A DNA stretch of 64,000 nt from Tubiluchus corallicola (lineage: Eukaryota; Animalia; Priapulida). The translations under genes were made by a program, and so were the position numbers. The notes beneath the pieces were generated by a model that was not told where the DNA came from, ran no database searches, and saw only the letters and a list, made by a program, of their open reading frames with translations. The first letter of the stretch is position 1. Each line of letters starts with the position of its first letter. The stretch covers positions 442,275 through 506,274 of the forward strand of contig JAQGDQ010000143.1 of NCBI GenBank assembly GCA_030141605.1, in the 5' to 3' direction. Below are positions 16,153 through 27,935 of the stretch, in pieces.

Positions 16153-17358
16153 AAGGCTGTGATAGGGTTGTACACTGGTAAGCGATTACCGTCGTCACTG
16201 TGACAAGATAATATCAAAAGTTCTACTTAAAATATTGTAACGTTATTCTACTGCGTCCCTTACAAACTTTTCATCCACATGGACTTGAGGACCGTAGTAT
16301 GGATTAGTCTACTTGTACTAATCACCCAATAAATCATGGCCACAACAAAGTCGTGATGAGGAAGCAGAATCGACGTCTTTATTCAAGTTTCACATCTTCG
16401 TGAAATCCTATAGTGAGATCTGTTATTTTTCTCTTTGATGATTTCACCCAGGTGTTCGAAAACGCATGTCTCTAATAAACAAAGTACGTAAGCACATAAG
16501 CCTTTCAGGAATTTTCTACGCGATCAAACTCTACGATTCTAACAAATTATCCTTATAATCGTTTCTACCAGTGATATTAGTTTCTGGAATGTTTTCTCGG
16601 TTCCCAGAACCTACGTCAGGTCACGCTGCGGCTTAGCTTTTTTTTGGAAGCGTCTCAATTGATTTGGTAGAAGAATTTAGCCTATTTGCCACCAGTTTGC
16701 TTGCAAATGGAACATGTTCTGAACAGATAACATCAATTCATTCATTCATTCATTCATTCAACAGCCACCTATAAATACTAATAACTGTCTTTCAAAGCAG
16801 TCCATCTATCATCTAATCTTGGATGTTCGAGAAAGAGCAGAAATTTCTTAAGATTAGACCTGTGTAATCCTTCAGTGAACAAAAGCGAGTAAATGCGTTT
16901 CAATCTCGTATTGCGTAAGCAGTTGATTCGTTTTGCTTTAAGCGACAGAGCATTCCCCACAACGCCATTGAGTTGCTGTATGAATTATTCTGTATTCTTA
17001 CATCTACTAATATTTTTGTCATTAGCCGTTGCTGCTTTATGGTGCCATTGTGTCTAAAGACGGTCTGTAATTTCAAAAAGAGCTAACTGAGCTAATTTAA
17101 AATTTATAATCTATAATTTAAGTTACTTGAACTACTATTTAAGCGCCCGTACAGCTTGCACTTTAAGTTATGCTGTATTGAATATGAGTAATGCGGTTTC
17201 TTGTTCCTGGTAACCCATTTGTTACTCATATGAGCAGTAAAAAGGGGCTTGATAAGGAAAAATATTGTGTGATGTACAAATTAAGGTTGGTTACAAAATG
17301 AACTTTTTACTAAATTTCACCGACAAGTATCACCTGACAAATTCTTATCAAGTTTCTC

Positions 17359-17560
17359 AAAAGTTTTTAACATAACATAAATTGCTCATTTCGAGTTCAA
17401 TTTACTCAATCCTAGTATCCAATTACTCATTTTGACATCGAGTTATCCACTTTGAGCTCAGATAACTCAATGTTAGCATAAATTTGCTAATTTTGACAAA
17501 AGTTACTAAATTTCACCTTCAAATTGCTCATTCTGAAAGCAAATTGCTCTATTTTTAGTG
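17359..17560. repeat. Degenerate ~21-bp tandem array (core AAATTRCTCA)
   Basis: ttgctca/ttactca/taactca cores recur about every 20-21 nt. Confidence 0.65.
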
Positions 17561-17681
17561 TTACGTCCTCGGTCATTTGTATAGCAAGTTAATCAACTCT
17601 TTCTAAAAAGTACTGAAGCGGAACGTAATTAAGAACCAACTCGTTTTGAGCTGTTCACTTTTACAGCGATCTTTTGGTTTA

Positions 17682-17785
17682 CCGTATATACTCGCATATA
17701 AGCCTACATCGCATATAAGCCGACCCCCTGATTTCAGTATTGTATTTTATAGTTCTAAATTCGGTTTATATGCGAGTATATACGG
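17682..17785. mobile_element. 104-bp Tc1/mariner-superfamily (Tc2/pogo-like) MITE with TA TSD
   Basis: ta|ccgtatatactcgcatataagcc ... ggtttatatgcgagtatatacgg|ta; 23-bp TIR with one mismatch. Confidence 0.88.
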
Positions 17786-17832
17786 TAATTAGCATTAAAC
17801 TTCACAATAGAAACGGGTTGTTTTACTTCTTT

Positions 17833-18165
17833 TTATCAGCGCCAAGGAGGTTATCTTTTCGGTGTGGGGTAAAAATGGCACAAGTAAAAATGCACAGGAA
17901 AAACATTGGCACAAATGGAAAAGTACTAAGTACCTTTGACTAAGTGTGCCATTTTTCCTATGCGATTTTTACCTGTGCCATTTTACGTACTTTTCCATTT
18001 GTGCCATTTTGCCCTGTTCCAGTTTTACCGTACTATTTTTCATGTGTGATTTTTTCCTGTGATATTTTTACCGTGCCATTTTTCCTGTGCCATAGGATGT
18101 TTGATTTGTTGGTTGCTGAGTCGGTGGGTCGGTGGTCGGTCGGTTGGTTGATTAGACAAATTGTG
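17833..18165 (+). mobile_element. HINE/DINE-1-like element 5' part, interrupted by the foldback MITE
   Basis: ttatcagcgccaaggaggttatcttttcggt resembles the ttacctccgccaaggaggttatgttttc terminus as I recall it. The expected (GTYY/GGTY)n microsatellite follows after the insertion. Confidence 0.55.
17866..18093. mobile_element. Foldback-like MITE with both inverted arms of ~15-bp subrepeats (copy 2)
   Basis: aaaaatggcac units on the left invert to gtgccattttt units on the right around ~17930; the cacaaatggaaaagta module occurs in both orientations. Confidence 0.75.
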
Positions 18166-18621
18166 GTGTGACATTTTGCCTTTACGGCCGCGTTTTCTGT
18201 TTAATTTAGCATTAATCTTCACAACCGAAACGGGTATTTTTTCATTTCTCCTTTTCGCACTATTTATTTTCCTGACACATTGTCTAACTCATTGAAGCCA
18301 AGAAGTTCTTCACATATATCTGACACCGATCCGCTCTGATGGTCGTTTGTGAATGATAAATTGTTGGCAAAAATTTTAATGGCGGACATTTACAAATTGA
18401 TCTACGACTGTAACGTAATTGAAGTAAATTTTAATGTCAAGGTTTCAATAATTCATGAAGCACTTAAATCGGTTAAAACTGTACAATGTGAATCATAAAA
18501 ACTCTTCTCGGAAAATTATGAAAATAATAGTTGAAAACATGTTTATCGTAATGATGGAATTAATGCACAATTATTAAGTTCTTGGCCCTAACTGGACTCA
18601 AAGGCAAAAATTTTAAAAATC

Positions 18622-18698
18622 CTGGACTCAGCATGGATTTGAACCAGGGGCTTTGAAATTGCAAATAAATGTCATCACCACTAAACTACACAGCCCCT
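18622..18698 (-). mobile_element. tRNA-like (SINE-head) sequence
   Basis: Minus strand shows A box tagtttagtgg and B box ggttcaaatcc; the acceptor stem does not pair, so it is not a functional tRNA. Confidence 0.6.
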
Positions 18699-18762
18699 AC
18701 GATCTTGCCAGATCTTAATTCAATCTAAATAGCTTACTAACAATTCAGCTCTTTCAAGCATT

Positions 18763-18825
18763 TGTGTAATTAGTGAGTGTTGGCGTTATAATTCAAAGAT
18801 TCCTCGTTCAAATTCAGTACCAGCT
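18763..18825 (+). mobile_element. Second, more decayed tRNA-like head, inverted relative to the first
   Basis: tgtgtaattagtg...ttcaaagattcctcgttcaaattc aligns with the minus-strand head. Confidence 0.45.
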
Positions 18826-19832
18826 GTTTCACATGTCCTGTCTTTTGGTCAATTTTGGTTTCAAAAATTCAATAATCGTGCGTTCATTTCATCATTAATA
18901 AATATCCTGAAATTAAAAAGTTGTGTACACAATTATATGTATATTATAAAACGAGCTATAAACTTTATCATTAGACATTTTTAACCATGACTTCATATGA
19001 CTGGAAATTGAAAAATAAGAGAACAGATTTCAAACAGGTAATCATAAGTCATAACTACTTTGAGCACCTTTCTGATGACAAATGATCTTAAAACTATTTT
19101 AAACAACCTACCGTTTCCTTTACATATCAGTTTCCTCTAACTGATCACTTTTGCGTGAGTAAAATTGTATGAAAGGAAATAATGACCCAGACAGAAATAA
19201 AACAAGTTGAAACTACAAGTTGTTACCGCCAAGTAAGCCGCCATTCTAAAAAAACAACCAAAGAACTAAAATAAGCTGAAATACTGTAGCTATAAGACTT
19301 TAAACATCGTTTCACGAACCATATATTTTGAATGAAGTAAAGTGAGCGACTGTTTCGAAATATTTTTAACCCTTGTTTATTTTTAACTGTAAATATCTTA
19401 ATCGTAATAATGCAAAACACTTAAGGGATGTTAATTAATTTCGTCGTGATATTCTGGCGTGTTTACGAGCGATATTCAGCAACAAACGTCCCGACTAAAT
19501 GAATAATTACAAGTTATTGTTTGTGTGTATTTATGTGTTTAGTTATTACTCCACATGCTAACAATACAGAAACAGCAATATCTTTTGCAAAAGTACACAT
19601 AAGAGATAACATAATAAACTTAAACAAGATATAGGCCAACGACTGTAATTGTATTTATCAGCCCATATTTGGCGGAGTGTTTTTATACGACCCCGTAAAT
19701 AAAAATGGGCGATTTGATAGAAATAAAATGCGGTTCAAAATTTCATAATAATATTAAATAAAATAAGCAGTCACGGTAAAGGGTGTACTGTCTTTTGCGC
19801 AAATGATGGTAGAAATGAAATAAAAGACAGTC

Positions 19833-21073
19833 GCTCATTGGAAATGTGCATTATTGACTAAGGAATGAAGAATTTGAAAGTTTTAAAACGGTTTAAAGTA
19901 TTTCATGCACAAAAAATGCGTTTTATCTTCCGCACAAGCTAACATGGATTTTCTTATTGATTTCAACTAATATTATAGTTATAGTTATAGCGAAGTTTGG
20001 AAAATTCAGCAATCAAAATCCCCATTGATGTAGCTTTTGAATGCCTCATAAAGTGCACAGCTTGCAGAACATTCATAACAAATAAAACGATTTTAAAGAA
20101 GAAATCTATCGCAGCATAAATTGTGATCTTCTTTGGCTACTCGGTTTCGTCTGCGACTTCGAGCATGCGCACGTCAACGTTTGGCGCAGACAGTATCAAT
20201 TTCATTATTGCCAACGCATTCGTGATTGCTGTCCCCATTTTCGTTGTTTTTCTTTTCATTTTTCAGGGAGACATTTTTTCAAAGAATTGTGTCAGCTTTC
20301 GACAGTCCTTTGCAATGGCTGTGGTCTCTGCAAATCACGGTAGCTATTAACCATGTTTCAATGCATATTTGAGTCCATTGTTTGTCATCGTGTTCCAGTT
20401 GCTTGTCCACTGGTGTCTTTTTACTATTGAATTTGACCAATGACACGTCGATAAAAATTCTCTATCTTTTCCAAGAGGCAACACAATACAAAGGTCATTT
20501 AACAGTCGCCGAGCGCAAAAACCTCAAAATTTGCTACAGCCCTGACTTCTCATAATTACATAATACGGTTGAATATCCGGCTAATGTTACAGACTGATTT
20601 TGTCATCATGCTAATCGCAAAACAGCATAAAATATGACCTGCACCCACGGGACCTTTCACTAATCGCGGGTTGCTTTAAATAAACCACATAAACGTACAT
20701 TTGCAGCCAAATTTTTGGTTTTTCGGAGGCTGTACTTATATAACATAAGAATAATATAGACAAAAGAGACTTTTTGCAAGTACTACGAAGTAAATTAATG
20801 GTACTACTACTGCTGCTGCTGCTGCTGCAGAACCCGCAGATTTCTTACCTGCTGTCGATCATTGTGGCAGGACAGGAATCTAGCTCATTACCAAGAATGA
20901 CCCTCTCATCCACCGTCTAATCCTCCGTCTTTGATTTCCCATATTGCCTTTCTCGTCGAGAAAAAAGCCAGGAAGAGTATGGTTGATGAAAAACCGGACG
21001 CGACCAGCCATGTTCGTCTCGCCTTCAGTTTACTTAACTAAACTGTATGAAATGCACATGTTTCCATTTGAGC
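19833..21073 (-). mobile_element. Putative internally deleted PIF/Harbinger transposon fossil
   Basis: Ordered frameshifted peptides on the minus strand: RRRIRRW, PAISER, GYSTV..EV.AVANFEVL..P....W, IAKDCRKL/HNSLKK. Imperfect inverted repeats at 19833-19852 and 21051-21073. Confidence 0.35.
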
Positions 21074-23229
21074 AATTACTAACATCGAAATGATAAGAAC
21101 ACAGTAGTTCTATGTCTCTCAAATTTTTATGTTCGTTTCGAATGTGCTCTTGAAAGTAAGTCAATACGCAGATACAAAAGCTTGTAAAACTAAAATTTTA
21201 AAGTGGTTGACATCTGTTGAACTGTAACATTGCTTTTACTGTTGAGAATACCAGATATACCAACTTTTTTGTCTAACTATGCATTTTAAAGTGATTTTGA
21301 GTGTTTGAACCGTGTATGCTGAGACAGCTGGCTCTTGCAGAGAGAATCACAACAAAATCGACATTAAGGTGACAAAATTCATGGGGTAAAATACAGAAAG
21401 TTACACATACATTAGCTGGACTATCTTGTTTAACAATTTGTTGTATAATTTGTACTGTACGTTTTGGTAATATTTACTTTGTTAAATTTTTGCAGGTCAC
21501 GAATTGTTCAAGACTAGATTAGAAAGCTACGACCTAAGGTTAGTCGTTTTCACCTAGTGCTTTTTTCAACTTGTGGATCAATGTTACTAGTGGCGTAGTA
21601 CAGCAAAAGTGTCATGATTGTTATGTTTATATGATTTGTGATTTGTATTGATTACAAACAATAGAAGCCTAACGATATTGTGACAATAAAATAAGTGCTT
21701 GTTTCATGCTTGCCGTGACTTAGACCGCAAAAAATCACTCAATTTCATTGTACTGTTTTAATTTAACTAATGAAGCATGAGATAACATGGTGTTTTTTAT
21801 TCACGTAATCATTTCAGTCACAACCGGCGGGGGTCTTTAGCTATGTACATGGGAACATGGCTTCATGTACTGAAACACTGCAAAAAGCTTTTTCAAAAAC
21901 CCAACTTTTTTGTAAACATATATATTTTTAGAAAAATGAAATGCTGCTTTATGTTGGCGTTATACAGAGCTCATTGAATTTAAGGAAAGTTAAATGTCTC
22001 TCGCTTGGTAAACAATCTTCTGGTGATGATCGGTACTTCATCACGGTGAAAGCTAGACCACTGTCAAGTTGGAATGTCCAGTCTCTTTCATGTTTGAAAA
22101 GTTGGTAAAAATCAGTTATCACAAAGAAATATATGAAATATCCATAGGCATTTCTAAATCATACCCGTGCAAAGATAATTACTGAAACTTTAGAGATTTT
22201 GGTGTATTGTGACAACATTTGTAGGGAGCCTAAGGGCTATGACAGCGTTCACACAAAAACACACCTTAGTTAGCGCCGGAATACCTTTTAGGTTTCGAAC
22301 TTGTCTAGATTATAAGCCCGGCATTGCACCTTTAACACCTTCAATACACCCGAAGACAGGTTACGGCTGAAATATTACGGTGCACATCTTACGTTTCGCT
22401 GGAAGAATTCACATAAAAATTTTAACAGTTCTTTGTATAAGACAAAATAAGTTCGTTAGTCTAGTTTAATTCTGGTTTAGAGGTGTTGAATCCACACTTT
22501 TACTATAGGTTGATTTTCCAACGGATGAATCTCACATTTGTAGTTGTATTTTTAACTTACAGTTTAAATTTTTTACTACTTACTACTTTATCGTGTTTAT
22601 TTTTTTATGGTTACGAAAAAGGCCTCTGTGTAGAGCACAGCGAAAAATACAGTTTAGTTTATTTCATTCACCAGCCTAATTTTTAATGATGGTGCAAAAA
22701 GGCAATTAATTAAATCTTTTGATACCGAGCTAGAAAGACAAAAAATGTGAAAAAGTTCAGGAGTACAGCCTGTACATGAAATAGTATCAAGGGTCAAACT
22801 TTAGACGGCCTTGATCACTAGGGAATACAGTGACTTGATGGTCTAAGGCGTCTATCTCTAAGCGGAAGATTCCTGGTTCAATTCCAAACTGTTTTCCAAC
22901 TTTTCCACATTGCCTGTCTTTTCATGAATAGATTTAGCTTCCCGGTTGACAAAAGACACTCGTCCTATTGTTGCATTAGCAAAGACAAAAGGTACAAAAG
23001 CGAAATTAAAGCAGAAAGTGCATTGAATTAGACAATAAGCGAGAAAAAGAGAGAGAGAAAGGAGAGAGAGGAGAGACAAAGGAGAGAGAGGAGAGATAAA
23101 CTATACTATAATTTTAGGTGACATGAAATTCTCGATTTCTAAATCTTTTAGGTCTGACCATATCTGCTCTGACTTCGTAAGACTAGTTCACAAACTCGGG
23201 TTTCGTAACAAAGAGATAACAGATTGTTT

Positions 23230-23730
23230 AGCGCAGGCCCACGGAATTATTGTAAGCGTAAAAACGTTAAAAGGATAACAAAAAAACTTGGATTGTTTCG
23301 AAGGCGGTCGCAAAGTGATGTTACTGACGTCATGCTATTTACTTACAAGTAGATAAAATGGGAAACACCCTATATCCGCCTTCTCCATAAAATTTCATGG
23401 AAATCTGTTAGGTTGTTTTTGCGTAATAGGGTTACTACTATAACCGACAAAAACAACCAAACAAAGTTTCAAAGAGACTTTTACAAATTTGTGTCTTTTA
23501 TTAATTTAAAAGAGTTAATACTGCCATCTTTCACATGTTAGTCCAACCACCGCAAATTCATTAATCTCTAAAATAAGAACCCCATGGTCGTACGTTGCCC
23601 TCGCATTTGGCTTGTTGTCATTAGTTTTTTATGTAATTACTGTATTCAATGTGTGCGAAGTAAATGATCTATATCTGTATTTAAAGAAGAAACAAACTGT
23701 GTTGAATCATAATTTCCTTGGCAGAAGTAA
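23230..23730 (-). mobile_element. HINE/DINE-1-like element with an internal insertion
   Basis: aaatttcatggaaatctgttaggttgtttttgcgtaat, (acaa)n-like tract, terminus cataatttccttggcagaagtaa, and agcgcaggcccacgg at the other end. Confidence 0.6.
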
Positions 23731-23784
23731 AAATAATCAAAATAATTATCTCCCACAGTAACCCTAACCCTTGACTCATATTTT

Positions 23785-23827
23785 ACTAAGTGTGCCATTT
23801 TTTCCTGTGCTATTTTTACCTACATTC
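23785..23827 (-). mobile_element. Foldback-like MITE terminal fragment (copy 3)
   Basis: Reverse complement is gaatgtaggtaaaaatagcacaggaaaaaatggcacacttagt, the same terminus as copy 1. Confidence 0.7.
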
Positions 23828-24964
23828 AGTGAGGGAACAAAAGCTGGTGACAAGTACACAAGTTCATATTGAATAACGGCCTGTAAACCAAATCGACTCT
23901 TTTCAGAGCTAGCAAAATACATGTATACACAAAAAATTTCAAATTCGCAATTTTGCTTTACTTTAACTACTTTTTATATAGGTGTAGTTCGATTAATGAA
24001 TAATATCTATGTGATAAAAAATATTTGTAGGCAACCTGTCACAAGTGGGGTTTGTTATATAGTACATAGTCAAAACAGGCACTCTTGTTCTCTTGGGCTG
24101 ATTACCCCGCACAAATAAGTGTTTAAATTTTGCCATCCGATTGTAAAATAACCTGATTTTTTATAATCGGATACCATGGCCCTAATACGCTTTCGTAAAA
24201 TTGAAAGGTACAGCACCTGTTTTCATTGTGCAATTTCCGAAATGCAGGCGCTAGTGTCCGTCTATCTAGTCAATGGCGAAATGCATGCAACAGCAAAGAA
24301 CTAGTGGTGCAAACGTGAAGTTCTGTTTGTGTTGCAATAATTCTTTCACGCAAGTCATTCTTGAAAAAAAAATAGTATGTTTCCTTTCACTATTTTAAAG
24401 AGTAGATTGTTTTGGTCTACAGTTTAAGATTGGCTTCGGTTTTGCTTTAAGCATTTCCAACACGGGAAATCATCGCCACTTTTATTGCCCACAATATGGC
24501 GATTACTCCATATTTATTCAGCCTACCTTATGTTTGCTGACTAGCGCTAACACTTGTCATTAGTTATGCGCAATATCGACCTAGCTGGTTGACAATGCAA
24601 TCTAAAAAATATTAAATTACCTTGGTACATACGTTAGCGCAAAGCTGAATCATTTGAACAGGCGGTTTTAAATTATAAATGCTATTAAAATAGTCGCAAG
24701 AGAAGATTATGCATTGTTCAATATTACATGTGCTTTCAAGATCAGCTTTCACGACAATTCATAGGTCAAGGATACCAACTGTCATTTTTGTATGCATGTC
24801 GTTGAAAATAAAGAAAAATGCAAGCGAGTAAAATAAAGAAAATCCATTTTTCATTCGTCTATTGTTTCATTTGTCTTGCCTTTTAATTTTTTACTCTTTC
24901 CTTTTCGTATTTCTTCCTTTTCTTTCTCTCTGCCTTTATTTATTTATTTAATTTTCGTTTACTG

Positions 24965-25156
24965 TTTCGTTCATTCGGTCATTCGGTCATTCGTCTTTTC
25001 TTTCGTTCGCTCCTTCGTTTCTTCGTTCCTTCGTTCGTTTGTTCCTTCGTTCGTTCATTTGTCCGCTTATCTATTCATTATTTTGCTCATTTATTTCATT
25101 TTTGTTTATTCACTGGTTCTTTCTGGGTAATTTCTTTTTCTCCTTCTTGTCTGTCA

Positions 25157-25224
<68 letters not shown>
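24965..25224. repeat. Degenerate (TTCG/TTCC/TTCA)n followed by (CT)n
   Basis: Direct observation. Confidence 0.9.
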
Positions 25225-25228
<4 letters not shown>

Positions 25229-25907
25229 CCTTTCTATTTGTTCAATAGCTAACTTTTCGTTCAATTACTCGAGCACTCATTTATTCATTTGTTCATTTGG
25301 CGCAATCACACACAAAAATTGTGCACATTTATTAATATTGCACAAGATTTCACTGAAGTTGAGCATTTGTACTTCAAGGCTCGGTATCACTGCAATTATT
25401 GAAGTAACAGAAATCTGACAGCAGAACCCTACCTATTTTCATACCGGAATATATTCTATTAGGCCTACTATAATTTATTCTTGAAAGAGTTTTGGTAGGT
25501 TAGGTTCGGCTACTTCAAAACCGATCATGAATTTTGCTTAAAACTGATTGTGCATAAAGCGTTTCATCTGAGCCTTCTAAGAATTGAAAAGCTTTTTAAC
25601 AATTTCTCATTTCTCCGTTAATACATGCAACTAAACTTTTAGTGTAAAAGGATAACGATAAAAGATTAAAGATATATATATATGCCTAACCGTGGCTGAT
25701 AGAGACGTGTTTTTAAAGAGAGCAACTAACCAGTCCACAGACGCATTTGATTGCAACTAATATGATTGTGCTGAAGCTAAAACATTGATCACCTAGTATA
25801 CCATCCATCCAGTATTCGAATATTTTCTTTTCTGTAGATGATATTTTAAAGGTCAACTAATCTTTTTTGCACAATTTGCCAGTTATAACCCACTTCAACT
25901 TAGGTCG

Positions 25908-26123
25908 TTAAAATTGCTCCGCGGGTCCTTCAAAAATCATGTGAAAGACACAGTCAGTGAGACCACGTCTTAAATTAATAGCTCTCATGGCAACGGGAAA
26001 AGTTGAAACGGAAACGTTCCACTTCAGAATGATGCCACGGCATAAAGCAAGAAAAATGGATGAGCGAAATTTCATAAGCTCGACAAGAAGAAAATCTTGA
26101 CCTTGAGGGGAACAATCTAGCAA
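25908..26123 (-). mobile_element. Possible non-LTR RT N-terminal remnant (L1/Tx1- or RTE-like)
   Basis: SPQGQDFLLVELMK...WN....FPVAMRAINL loosely fits K.PG.DG..VE..K...N....P.SM...I. Confidence 0.25.
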
Positions 26124-26267
26124 AATATTTCAAAACAATTTAGCCTAAACTTAGACGGGAATTGAATGTTTCAAATACAAACAAAATTTTTTGTCGTCTG
26201 ACATGAAGTTTAGTTCAGTGACTCAATAGTTTAGTTTTATGTGCTGAGTGGTCACCCGTGTGCCTAC

Positions 26268-26311
26268 GAAGTTAAGCAATGCTGGGATTAGTTGGTAAAT
26301 GTATGGGTAAC
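26268..26311 (+). mobile_element. 5S rRNA-derived fragment (box A to box C), likely part of a SINE
   Basis: gaagttaagca-15nt-ggtaaatgtatgggtaac aligns without gaps to 5S gaagctaagca-15nt-agtacttggatgggagac. Confidence 0.55.
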
Positions 26312-27659
26312 GTTGAAAAACTGTTTCAGGGTGATTCTAGCTAGCTACTGTTGAATAATGGTTAAGCCACATTCTGCCTAGATCAAAGTCTTCTCTAAGA
26401 GGATTATCCTAGGTAATGAAAATAAGGTAGGCTTCTCTCGCCACTGCTATTCAAAATTATTGGCAAAATGAGTGCGGGTTCGAACATCTGTACGTCGAAT
26501 TGCATGCTAAAAACGGTCTCATTATTAAGACAAATTTGACGTGTCGGCATTTTAACGTTTGTCAGTTTTATAATTGTGTGACACCTTTTATATGACAAAG
26601 CGAAAAAGGAAAATTCTTAATTAATATTATTAATTATTATACATTAAGACTATGTAAACGAAGAAATATGTCACCATTTCGTACTGTTCTAGATCCAGCA
26701 ATCGTGTCATAACAGTTGTTTATGATTCAGGTTTTCACTTTGTAATAAATTTGTATTTTTACTTTCTTCAGTTTTTAAATTGACTTCAATTTCTTGAAAT
26801 CGTTTGCCTCAGTTCCTTTCCGCCACCACGTACATTCAAAATTACTCTAAAAAATCGATGTAATTTTAGTCAAATTTAAATTTAGCAACACCTTTAAACT
26901 AACAGTAGAATCTAAGAACAGATCTTGTGACTGCGCACAAAAAATCTGACCAAAAGTCTGTCCAATGCGTACATTGTCACATCCATATTATTTTTTTCAC
27001 TACACTATATATTGTATAGGTTATATAAATATTTCTATAAATTATATTAACTAATTCTTTAGTATAGTCTAGCTTAGCGCATTCCTTGCACTGACTTTAG
27101 TGTTATAAAAACTTTTTGGAACTAAGAAATAACGTTTAGCATTTATTTTTCGTGTTTACGTATGCATTAGTAAAAAAATGAAATGTATTTTAGTAAAAAT
27201 AAAAAAACTTTTGGCGTTTGAAGGAAATTGACCGATAGATATTGGACTTATGCTAAATATTTCGATTATTAATCTTTTTTATTTTCATTTTCGCCTTCTT
27301 TTGATGATTACAATTGATGTAACTTTCTGGATTCTAATGTAAGAAGCGCAAAACAGGAAACCAAATGGCAGTCTTTTGTTCTTCCGTTGCATGAGCGCCA
27401 TTATTTTCAACCACGCAGTTCCTCGACAACTGGCGATAAAAACAATGATACCTAATTGCAGTCAAGGTCGTAAAGGACGTTCTGTTACCTTAAAGTGTTT
27501 ACATTTCCAGTTATCGACAATTTTACCTTGAGAAAGTAACTTCCTGATGATGTCAAGAGACAATCCTTGAGAATATTAAAATTACTGCGGCTTGTTGTCC
27601 GGTTTGGACAGTTGCAGTTAGTTTATCAGTTTGGTGAAATTGTTGTGGTGTCTCCATCC

Positions 27660-27935
27660 ATCTGTTACTTGTTTATTTAGCTGTTTGCTTATTTGATTGC
27701 TTGTTTGTTTGAAACCTGACTGAGTGGTTTGTCAGTTGGCCGGTCGGTCGATCGGTCTGTCGGTTGGTTGGTTGATTGGTTGACTGTTTTTTTTTTGCTT
27801 ACTTGCATGCTAATTTGTTAGATCATATGCTTGTTTAAATGCGTGACTGGTCAACAAGTTAGTTATCTACTTGGTTGATTGGTTGGTTAGCTGTCACTTT
27901 TCAGGTTAGTCAATCGACCATTGCAGGTTTGTTAG
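27660..27935. repeat. Degenerate (GGTT/GGTC/GTTT)n tetranucleotide region
   Basis: Direct observation. Confidence 0.7.

Noticed and set aside
18622-18698. Functional tRNA-Cys gene (also tRNA-Gly at 34869)
   Set aside because: Acceptor and anticodon stems do not pair; these are SINE-type heads.
22340-22385. Penelope-type hammerhead remnant (ccgaagacagg...ctgaaatatt)
   Set aside because: The catalytic core is mutated and I see no adjacent Penelope coding remnant.
23759-23770. Interstitial telomeric repeat (taaccc x2)
   Set aside because: Only two units; more likely part of the adjacent MITE.
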